The translations under genes and the position numbers were made by a program. Of a stretch of DNA of 32,000 bases, positions 7,516 to 13,900 are shown in pieces. Source of the stretch: Planctomycetales bacterium (GTDB taxonomy: Bacteria; 4484-113; JAFGCY01); NCBI GenBank assembly GCA_022646745.1, contig CP060262.1:1530001-1562000 (forward strand). The letters are read 5' to 3'. How positions within the stretch are numbered: position 1 is the stretch's first letter; each line of letters opens with the position of its first letter. A model generated the notes under the pieces. That model searched no databases and was not told where the DNA came from. It saw nothing but the letters and a program-made list of their open reading frames with translations.

Positions 7516-7540
7516 CCACAGAGCCACAGAGAGCACAGAG
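7516..7540 (+). repeat. short tandem repeat (C)CACAGAG x3
   Basis: ccacagag ccacagag agcacagag. Confidence 0.7.
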
Positions 7541-7567
7541 ATTTTCAGGGTATGTCTGAATAGTTGT

Positions 7568-7592
7568 CGGAGGTCAGCTGTAAAGCTGACAA
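7568..7592 (+). repeat. GGAGG + GTAA hairpin + CAA module (identical copy of 7438-7462)
   Basis: 25/25 identity with 7438-7462, 130 nt downstream. Confidence 0.8.
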
Positions 7593-7593
7593 C

Positions 7594-7616
7594 GGGTTTC
7601 CGGTTTCGGGTTTCCG
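7594..7616 (+). repeat. short tandem repeat GGTTTC(C/G)G x3
   Basis: gggtttccggtttcgggtttccg. Confidence 0.6.
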
Positions 7617-7652
7617 CAGAACGGATGCGGAGCTGCCGCACAACAGACGCAA

Positions 7653-7811
7653 AGCTGCGTTTACGCCACGGCGTGAATGCCGTACAGCCGAGTGATCAGT
7701 AAACAGTGGTCAGTAGCGGCGCACGCCCCGTGCACCAGGGAGTGACTGCCGCGAAATGCGCCAGGCAGACTCGCCTTACTCAGGCTGCATCCTGCCTGCG
7801 GCGGGATGCAG
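7653..7811 (+). repeat. 159-nt multi-hairpin repeat, copy 1 (direct repeat of 8829-8987)
   Basis: Aligns colinearly and without gaps to copy 2. The last ~70 nt are almost identical (2 mismatches by eye). It ends in the hairpin ctgcatcc-tgcctgcggcg-ggatgcag (7785-7811). Confidence 0.85.
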
Positions 7812-7986
7812 AACTATGTATGATTTGAGATTGGGAATGAACTGTTTGAACAAACACAGAGAACCCTATGTCACTCATGTTACGCAGTTTCAGTTAGGTT
7901 GCTGGGTTAATATTTGCTGACCGTGAAATTTACTTTGCCAATGCCCGTATTGTGCTGATAAATGATAAGCATGCAAGGAGAATTTC

Positions 7987-8778
7987 TTGAAGAAAACTGG
8001 TTACATTGCTGTTTGGATGATAGTCGTCATTCTGTCAGCTTCATGGACATTACGCGCTGATGCATCTGACAACTTGCGAACGGAATCCGGATTTGACAAG
8101 GATGCCTTCTGCCAGCGGTTGATGGAAGAGGACTTCTCGGATCTGTTTGCTCAGTCCACCATCCTTGAGTATGGTTCTTCTTCCACCGGAGCAAATCAGC
8201 AGATCCAGGGCATGATTGACGCTGTCAGGCAGGAAGCAGAAGCAGGAATGATTGAATCCCGCTCATTCACAGAGAAGGAACTGAAAATGCTGGGCATCCG
8301 GATTGTCAACGATCCCTCTGAGGAGTTTGGTTATCCCGAGTATGGGCAGTTCATGATGAGTCGGATACCGAGATCCATTTACGGGTATTACCAGAATCAT
8401 CAGGTTATTCCTGACAATGCCCTTTCACTTCTTGAGTCCAGCAGTTGGCTTACACCTGAAGGCGAATCCGCATTTGATGAGCTTTCAAAGAATGAGCTTC
8501 TCAATGCGCTCCAGACCATGGTTGATCCCAGTACAGGGAAGCTCTACGACGGATTCAACGACGAGAACTGGACTCCATTTGGCATTTATGCCTACCTGCC
8601 GCCGGAATCAGAGTGGGCTGGATTGGGATATGACCCGCAGTCATATCGAGTCGTCAAAATGGATGGTAACACTCCTGCCCCGGTTGAAGATTGGCCCCTG
8701 ATCAGTGGCTTGCTTAGGGTAGTGATTTGGGGTGAGACCGAGGATAGCATCCTCATCGACAGGATTTATTGCTGGTAG
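7987..8778 (+). CDS. secreted protein of unknown function, low-GC gene
   Basis: TTG start 6 nt after a strong SD (AAGGAG, 7975-7980). Signal peptide MKKTGYIAVWMIVVILSASWTLRADA. Hand-counted GC is about 48% against about 65% in ffh. No family recognised. Confidence 0.7.
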   Translation: MKKTGYIAVWMIVVILSASWTLRADASDNLRTESGFDKDAFCQRLMEEDFSDLFAQSTILEYGSSSTGANQQIQGMIDAVRQEAEAGMIESRSFTEKELKMLGIRIVNDPSEEFGYPEYGQFMMSRIPRSIYGYYQNHQVIPDNALSLLESSSWLTPEGESAFDELSKNELLNALQTMVDPSTGKLYDGFNDENWTPFGIYAYLPPESEWAGLGYDPQSYRVVKMDGNTPAPVEDWPLISGLLRVVIWGETEDSILIDRIYCW

Positions 8779-8828
8779 GAAATTCCGAATAGGACGCTTA
8801 CCTCAGGAACATCTAGTTAAGGTGTTGG

Positions 8829-8987
8829 AGCTGCGGTTAGGCCACGGCGTGATTGCCGCACAATCTAGTGATCTGTTAACAGTGATCAGTAGCGGCGCAC
8901 GCCTCGTGCGCGACGGAGTGGCTGCCGCGAAATGCGCCAGGCAGACTCGCCTTACTCAGGCTCCATCCTGCCTGCGGCGGGATGCAG
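8829..8987 (+). repeat. 159-nt multi-hairpin repeat, copy 2
   Basis: Direct repeat of 7653-7811, offset by 1176 nt. Confidence 0.85.
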
Positions 8988-8997
8988 CACCCCTGGT

Positions 8998-9029
8998 GGA
9001 GGCCAGTCACGCCCTGGCGTGACTGGCAA
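8998..9029 (+). repeat. GGAGG + hairpin + CAA module with a 10-bp stem
   Basis: GGAGG-ccagtcacgc-cctg-gcgtgactgg-CAA. Confidence 0.75.
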
Positions 9030-9054
9030 TTGCCAAGCTTACAGTTTGGCCTCC
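9030..9054 (-). repeat. GGAGG + GTAA-loop hairpin + CAA module on the minus strand
   Basis: The minus strand reads GGAGGccaaactGTAAgcttggCAA. It is preceded by TAGGAGGTCAG, which overlaps the kbl-like stop codon (9062-9072). Confidence 0.65.
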
Positions 9055-9069
9055 GGCGGGTCTGACCTC

Positions 9070-10302
9070 CTAACCCCCCGCGGCACCCTTGCCAATCACA
9101 CCGTGTCGTTCGCCGCAGCGGATGAAGGCCTCCACGCAGTGGTCGATCTGCTCCGTGGTGTGGCTCGCAGACAACTGCACGCGGATGCGGGCCTTGCCCA
9201 TCGGCACCACCGGATGGCTGAAGCCGATCACGTAGATCCCCTCGTCCAGCATCGAGCGCGCCATGTCAGCAGCCAGGCGGGCATCGCCGAACATCACCGG
9301 CACGATCGGGCTCTCGCCCTGCACCAGCGTGAAGCCGGCGGCTTCCATGCGCTTGCGGAAATGCGCGGCGTTGGCTTCCAGCGTGTCGCGCAACGCGGTG
9401 CTCCCCGACAGCATGTCCATCACTTCCAGCGCGCCGTAGATCACGGAGGGCGGCACCGCATTGCTGAACAGGTACGGGCGGCCGCGGTTGCGCAGCATGT
9501 TGACAATCTCCGCCGGGCCGGCCACCAGGCCGCCTGAGGCACCGCCGAGCGCCTTGCCGAGTGTGGTGGTGATCACGTCCACCTTGTCCATCACATTGTG
9601 GTGCTCATGCGTACCGCGCCCGGTCTTGCCAATGAAGCCGGTGGCGTGGCTGTCGTCAACCACGAGCAGCGCGCCGTACTTCTCGCACAATTCGGCGATG
9701 CGGTCCAGCGGCGCGATCATGCCGTCCATCGAGAACACGCCGTCGGTGACGACGCACATGCTGCGGGCCTTGTCCTGCCACATCTGCAGCTTCTTCTCGA
9801 GGTGCTCCGCGTCACTGTTCTTGTAGGTGTCGCGCTGGGCCTCGCACAGGCGGATGCCGTCAATCAGCGAGGCGTGGATCAGGCGGTCGGAGATGATCAC
9901 ATCCTCCTTGCCGAAGAACACCTCGAAGAAGGCAGCGTTGGCATCGAAGCAGGAGGCGAACAGGATCGCCGCCGGCAGGCCGAGGAACTCAGCCAGCCGC
10001 TCTTCCAGCATGTTGTGGCTGTCCTGGGTGCCGCAGATGAAGCGCACGCTGGACATGCCGTAGCCACGCTCGTCGAGCCCCTTGTGGGCTGCTTCCACCA
10101 CGCGCGGGTGGCTGGCCAGGCCAAGGTAGTTGTTGGCACAGAAGTTGAGCACCTTGCGCGCCGGGCTGCCGAGCGGGTATTCGACCTCGATCTCCACGCC
10201 CTGGGCGCTCTTGATGTAGCGCTCGTCCTTGGTCAGGCCGGCTTCGTCGACCTCCTTCAGCGTCTGCTGCAGCCTCTCGCGCAGCTCCTTCGTGTAGGCC
10301 AT
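9070..10302 (-). CDS. kbl: PLP-dependent alpha-oxoamine synthase, closest by eye to 2-amino-3-ketobutyrate CoA ligase (glycine C-acetyltransferase)
   Basis: Start set at MAYTKEL (10300-10302). Motifs: NFCANNYLGLA, SVRFICGTQDSH, ASCFDAN, VVTDGVFSMDG, VVDDSHATGF, TTTLGKALGG (PLP Lys), RPYLFSN. The substrate assignment is qualified in the findings. Confidence 0.8.
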   Translation of the reverse strand: MAYTKELRERLQQTLKEVDEAGLTKDERYIKSAQGVEIEVEYPLGSPARKVLNFCANNYLGLASHPRVVEAAHKGLDERGYGMSSVRFICGTQDSHNMLEERLAEFLGLPAAILFASCFDANAAFFEVFFGKEDVIISDRLIHASLIDGIRLCEAQRDTYKNSDAEHLEKKLQMWQDKARSMCVVTDGVFSMDGMIAPLDRIAELCEKYGALLVVDDSHATGFIGKTGRGTHEHHNVMDKVDVITTTLGKALGGASGGLVAGPAEIVNMLRNRGRPYLFSNAVPPSVIYGALEVMDMLSGSTALRDTLEANAAHFRKRMEAAGFTLVQGESPIVPVMFGDARLAADMARSMLDEGIYVIGFSHPVVPMGKARIRVQLSASHTTEQIDHCVEAFIRCGERHGVIGKGAAGG

Positions 10303-10345
10303 CTTCAGCTCCCCGCGCCGCTGGCGCTTAGTTGTATGTGCAGGA

Positions 10346-10600
10346 CTACTGGCGTTCCTGCAGCTTGCGGTTGACAAGCGACTGGATGCGGCTGACGGTC
10401 TCGAATTCCTCCGTGCTGGCCTCGTCGTCGTCAATCTCGATCTCGAATTCCTGCTCCAGGTACATCTTCAGGCTGACCATGGAGAACGAGTCCACCAGCC
10501 CGCTGGAGATCAGCGGGGTGTTGTCATCGACCTCCGTGCCGTCGTCAACGTACTCATCATAGATGAACTGGATGATCTTCTCGCGCAACTCTGAGCTCAT
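10346..10600 (-). CDS. acyl/aminoacyl carrier protein, DltC-like
   Basis: 84 aa starting at MSSELREK, with SD GGAGGA 6 nt upstream. Phosphopantetheine-attachment-type motif SGLVDSFSMVSL and an acidic helix EQEFEIEIDDDE. The stop lies 43 nt upstream of the synthase start. Confidence 0.8.
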   Translation of the reverse strand: MSSELREKIIQFIYDEYVDDGTEVDDNTPLISSGLVDSFSMVSLKMYLEQEFEIEIDDDEASTEEFETVSRIQSLVNRKLQERQ

Positions 10601-10647
10601 TGCGGTCCTCCACAGATCTGGCAATCAGCGCCTGGGCGCCGGGTTCA

Positions 10648-10653
10648 ATTATA
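10648..10653 (-). promoter_or_regulatory. perfect TATAAT (-10) for the carrier protein / synthase operon (leadered, 47-nt 5' UTR with SD)
   Basis: Minus strand: cgcTATAATtgaaccc...ggaggaccgcaATG. Confidence 0.5.
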
Positions 10654-10677
10654 GCGAAGCGCGCGCCGGGCAGCGCT

Positions 10678-11163
10678 TCAGGAATCCATCGGCCGCGCGC
10701 CGGGCCAGCCATCGTCGTAGACGAATATCGACAGCACGCTGACGCCGTTCTCCACGTCGAGGTACAGCTGTGTAATGTATTTCCCGTCGGTCGAGATGAA
10801 TTCGCGGGTGAGCGGCTTGTCCCAGTTAAGCTGGTAGCCCAGCTCCTCATGCTGCGAATTGAACAGGCCGAGCTGCTCCTCCCAGCTCAGCGGGCAGGTG
10901 TAGGCGGTGCTCCACATATGCCCGCTGTTCTCACTGCGCTCGTTGAAGGGCATCCCGCTGGCGCGGTAGGGGTCGCCCTCATCGGCCGGGAAAGCGCCGG
11001 GCAGCGCAGCCGGGGTGGCATCAGGCGGGACGGCGATGGCCGCCACGGGCCACTTTAGCGGCATCGGGAAGGAAGCGGCCTCGGAGGCACTGGCCTGCCC
11101 ATGCCTGTTGCAGCCCGTCGCTATCAGGCACAGCGCCAGCAGGCTCAGGCAGTATCTCAGCAC
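10678..11163 (-). CDS. probable lipoprotein, unknown function
   Basis: GTG start. Signal peptide ends in a lipobox-like LIATGC. A TAAGAT -10-like hexamer (11170-11175) lies 6 nt upstream of the GTG. Confidence 0.65.
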   Translation of the reverse strand: MLRYCLSLLALCLIATGCNRHGQASASEAASFPMPLKWPVAAIAVPPDATPAALPGAFPADEGDPYRASGMPFNERSENSGHMWSTAYTCPLSWEEQLGLFNSQHEELGYQLNWDKPLTREFISTDGKYITQLYLDVENGVSVLSIFVYDDGWPGARPMDS

Positions 11164-11218
11164 GGATACATCTTACCGTGGATGCCTCCATGGGCTGGCA
11201 GGAGGGCAATGTTGTAGG

Positions 11219-11224
11219 TATAAT
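11219..11224 (+). promoter_or_regulatory. perfect -10 box TATAAT 9 nt upstream of the ffh ATG
   Basis: aggTATAATcttcgtcctATG. No SD sequence. Confidence 0.5.
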
Positions 11225-11233
11225 CTTCGTCCT

Positions 11234-12541
11234 ATGTTCAACAAGATGCAGGATCGCATCCTCGGGGCTCTCAAGAACATGGCCAAGAGTGGCCGCCTGA
11301 GCGAAGCGGATGTGGAAAAGGGGCTGCGGGAGATCCGCCTGGCACTGCTGGAAGCGGACGTCAACCTCAGCGTTACCAAGAAGTTCATCAGCCGGGTGCA
11401 GCAGAAGGCCGTCGGCCAGGATGTGCTCGGCCAGCTCAACCCGATCGACACGCTCGTGATGGTCGTGTACGAGGAGCTCACCGAGCTGCTCGGCGGCAAG
11501 GAGTACGACCCGAAGTTCGATCCCGGGGTGAAGCGCATCATGATGGTCGGCCTGCAGGGTAGTGGCAAGACCACCACCTCGGGCAAGCTGGCCAACCGCT
11601 TCAAGAGCGAGGGCAAGAAGCCGCTGCTGATTGCTGCCGACCTCAGCCGTCCGGCCGCGGTGGACCAGTTGCAGGTGCTCGGCAAGCAGATCCATGTGGA
11701 TGTGTTCGCCGATCCGAAGAGCAACCCGGTGGACCTCGCGAAGAACGGCCTCAAGCAGGGCGACAAGGACAGCAACAACCCGGTGATCATCGATACCGCC
11801 GGCCGCCTGGCGATCGACGAGGAGCTGATGGACGAGCTGGTGAAGGTCAAGGAAGCCTTCAAGCCGGACGAGATCCTGCTCGTGGTGGATGCCCTGACCG
11901 GGCAGGATGCGGTCGAGACCGCCCAGAGATTCGATGAGAAGCTCAACATCACCGGCATCGTGCTCACCAAGATGGACGGCGACGCCCGCGGTGGTGCCGC
12001 GATGTCCATGCGCGCCGTGACCGGCAAGCCGATCCGCCTGACGGGTACCGGCGAGAAGCTCGACGCACTCGAGTACTTCTTCCCGGACCGGATGGCCAGC
12101 CGCATCCTCGGACGCGGTGACATTGCCACCCTGATCGAGAAGGCCAGCAAGGAATTCGACGATGAGGATGCCGAGAAGCTTGAGAAGAAGCTGCGCCGGC
12201 AGAAGACCTTCGACCTGGAGGACTTCATCGTGGCGCTCAGGCAGACCCGCCGCATGGGCAGCATGAAGAGCCTGCTGAACATGATCCCCGGCGTGCGCGT
12301 GACGGACGACCAGGCCGAGGCCGGTGAGAAGCAGCTGCGCAAGTTCGAGGCGATCGTGAACTCGATGACCCGCCAGGAGCGGCTGAACCCGAAGCTGCTC
12401 AACGCCAGCCGCCGCCGCCGCATCGCGATCGGCAGTGGCACCTCGGTGCAGGACATTAACAGCTTCATCAACAACTTCAAGCAGATGCAGCGGATGACGA
12501 GTACCATGCTCAAGAGCGGCGCCTTCAAGCGGATGCAGTAA
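11234..12541 (+). CDS. ffh: signal recognition particle protein Ffh
   Basis: Start at MFNKMQDRILGAL; the 73 codons upstream in the ORF track overlap the divergent lipoprotein gene. GTPase motifs GLQGSGKTTT, DTAGR, TKMDGDARGG. RILGRGD is present, and the M domain is Met-rich. Confidence 0.97.
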   Translation: MFNKMQDRILGALKNMAKSGRLSEADVEKGLREIRLALLEADVNLSVTKKFISRVQQKAVGQDVLGQLNPIDTLVMVVYEELTELLGGKEYDPKFDPGVKRIMMVGLQGSGKTTTSGKLANRFKSEGKKPLLIAADLSRPAAVDQLQVLGKQIHVDVFADPKSNPVDLAKNGLKQGDKDSNNPVIIDTAGRLAIDEELMDELVKVKEAFKPDEILLVVDALTGQDAVETAQRFDEKLNITGIVLTKMDGDARGGAAMSMRAVTGKPIRLTGTGEKLDALEYFFPDRMASRILGRGDIATLIEKASKEFDDEDAEKLEKKLRRQKTFDLEDFIVALRQTRRMGSMKSLLNMIPGVRVTDDQAEAGEKQLRKFEAIVNSMTRQERLNPKLLNASRRRRIAIGSGTSVQDINSFINNFKQMQRMTSTMLKSGAFKRMQ

Positions 12542-12584
12542 CTCAAGGTTTGCAGGGGGCAGGTTGCAGGGGGCAGGTATGACT

Positions 12585-12613
12585 GGAGGTCAGTCCCGCG
12601 CAGCAGGACTGAC
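12585..12613 (+). repeat. GGAGG + hairpin module (8-bp stem gtcagtcc/ggactgac)
   Basis: GGAGGtcagtcc-cgcgcagca-ggactgac. The 25-nt hairpin 12589-12613 is the exact reverse complement of 12777-12801. Confidence 0.8.
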
Positions 12614-12621
12614 CAGGGGTG

Positions 12622-12648
12622 CTGCATCCCGCCGCAGGCAGGATGCAG
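12622..12648 (-). repeat. inverted copy of the terminal hairpin of the 159-nt repeat
   Basis: 27/27 identity with the reverse complement of 7785-7811. Confidence 0.85.
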
Positions 12649-12743
12649 TTCTATTTCTGCATACCGCCGGCAATGCGTTTAAGACCATGAAAGCAGGCAA
12701 ACGAAGCGAGCTTCCGACATTGCTTCCGTGTGCTTGAAGTAAT

Positions 12744-12772
12744 GTCAATCCTGCTTCGCGGGATTGACCTCC
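12744..12772 (-). repeat. GGAGG + hairpin module on the minus strand
   Basis: The minus strand reads GGAGGtcaatcc-cgcgaagca-ggattgac. Confidence 0.75.
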
Positions 12773-12776
12773 TATA

Positions 12777-12815
12777 GTCAGTCCTGCTGCGCGGGACTGA
12801 CATCCAGCCGCCTCC
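12777..12815 (-). repeat. stop-overlapping TAGGAGG followed by a hairpin (inverted twin of 12589-12613)
   Basis: The minus strand reads TAGGAGGcggctggat-gtcagtcccgcgcagcaggactgac. The TAG is the NUDIX stop codon. Confidence 0.8.
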
Positions 12816-13324
12816 TACAGTTCGTAGCTGGCGTTCCTTGCCTCACTGTGACCCGGCAGTTCGTTATGTACCACCAGCCGCGGGCAGCTGGCCCACTTGC
12901 TTGCGAGGTCCTGCACCATGAACTTCTTCAGCGGTTCCGGCTGGAAGTTCGCTGCCATCAGCTCATCCGGTGTCAGCAGCTCGGGTGAAATCAGCTCCTC
13001 CTTGTCGGGCGTGAGCTGGCTGAGCAGGTCGCCCTCGACGGGGCGCAGCGGATGGCAGAGGAAGTAGTAGCCGATCTCATGCAGCTTGCTGCCCTGGCGC
13101 GCCCAGTAGTTCTCCATCAGGTAAAGCAGCTTTACCGGAGCGACCTCGAGGCCGATTTCCTCCTTGACCTCGCGCACCACGCTGTCGATCATCGGCTCGC
13201 CGACCTTCATATGGCCGCCGAGCAACGTCATGAATGGCGCGCGCTTGCCGTCGTCAAGCACGGTCACGAGGAACTTGCCGTCATGCACGATCACGGCGCG
13301 GGCGATCAGGTTCAGCGCAAACAT
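12815..13324 (-). CDS. NUDIX hydrolase
   Basis: Nudix box GGHMKVGEPMIDSVVREVKEEIGLEV fits G-x5-E-x7-REUxEExGU. A TACACT hexamer (13331-13336) lies 6 nt upstream of the ATG. Confidence 0.9.
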   Translation of the reverse strand: MFALNLIARAVIVHDGKFLVTVLDDGKRAPFMTLLGGHMKVGEPMIDSVVREVKEEIGLEVAPVKLLYLMENYWARQGSKLHEIGYYFLCHPLRPVEGDLLSQLTPDKEELISPELLTPDELMAANFQPEPLKKFMVQDLASKWASCPRLVVHNELPGHSEARNASYEL

Positions 13325-13464
13325 CGCTCAAGTGTAGCATTGCAGGATTCCGGCTGGACCGCGCAGCAGGCGGCTGCCCCGCAAGCCGCATCAGCATTGG
13401 TTTAACCGCAATTTAACCATTGGCAAATCCATTCAATTATCTGGCGAATTCTGCTAGGCTTTTA

Positions 13465-13483
13465 TTGCCGCGGGCCGCGGCAA
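13465..13483. promoter_or_regulatory. 19-nt near-perfect GC-rich palindrome 22 nt upstream of the ABM gene start
   Basis: ttgccgcgg-g-ccgcggcaa. Possible operator or 5'-UTR hairpin. Confidence 0.3.
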
Positions 13484-13504
13484 GGTTAGAGGGAGCTCGT
13501 CGGG

Positions 13505-13885
13505 ATGACAACGATCGCCAAGAACCAGTACGTAACCGTGATATCCAATTTCCAGGTCAACCCGGGTGACCAGGACAGGCTGCTGAACCATCTGGTGGAT
13601 GCCTTCAGCCGCGTGATCAGCAAGCAGCCGGGATTCATCGCCGCCAATTTCCACAAGAGCCAGGACGGCACGAAGGTCGTGAACTACGCGCAGTGGGAAA
13701 GCCGCGAGGACTTCTACGCCTACCTCGAGAAGCCGATGGCCTGGGCCACCGTGCGCGAGGCACTCAAGCTCGGGCATGCGGAGTACAACGTCTACGACGT
13801 CTATGAAATAGTCGAGAAGGACCCCGGCGGAGGGGTCGAGACCCGTGTGGTCGAACCCTCAGCGGTCAACAGCGTCAGGCAGTAG
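13505..13885 (+). CDS. antibiotic-biosynthesis-monooxygenase (ABM) domain protein
   Basis: 126 aa with a ferredoxin-like ABM pattern (YVTVISNFQVNPGDQDRL..., GFIAANFHKSQDGTKVVNYAQWESREDF). SD GAGGGA upstream. Confidence 0.75.
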   Translation: MTTIAKNQYVTVISNFQVNPGDQDRLLNHLVDAFSRVISKQPGFIAANFHKSQDGTKVVNYAQWESREDFYAYLEKPMAWATVREALKLGHAEYNVYDVYEIVEKDPGGGVETRVVEPSAVNSVRQ

Positions 13886-13900
13886 GCCAACTTAAAGCGA

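Noticed and set aside
7653-8987. Integron-type gene cassette, with the 159-nt repeats acting as attC sites. GTTAGGC, a perfect GTTRRRY core, occurs at 8836-8842.
   Set aside because: The equivalent position in copy 1 reads GTTTACG. I found no matching inverse core (RYYYAAC) at the other end, the repeats do not fold as a single attC-like bulged hairpin, and no intI or attI is in the window. It is kept only as a generic cassette-like observation.
7438-9070. Possible CRISPR array, given the many short palindromic repeats.
   Set aside because: The repeats are not identical units at regular spacing separated by unique spacers. They are heterogeneous hairpins in both orientations, no cas genes are present, and similar modules are scattered after other genes.
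12542-12814. tRNA, tmRNA, SRP RNA or another known ncRNA in the ORF-free regions (also 7438-7986, 8779-9069, 13325-13504 and 16622-16861).
   Set aside because: I could not find a cloverleaf-compatible arrangement, a T-loop GTTCRANYC motif, or the conserved SRP RNA domain IV motifs by eye. The hairpins are explained by the repeat family. A covariance-model scan (Infernal/Rfam, tRNAscan-SE) would be needed to be sure.
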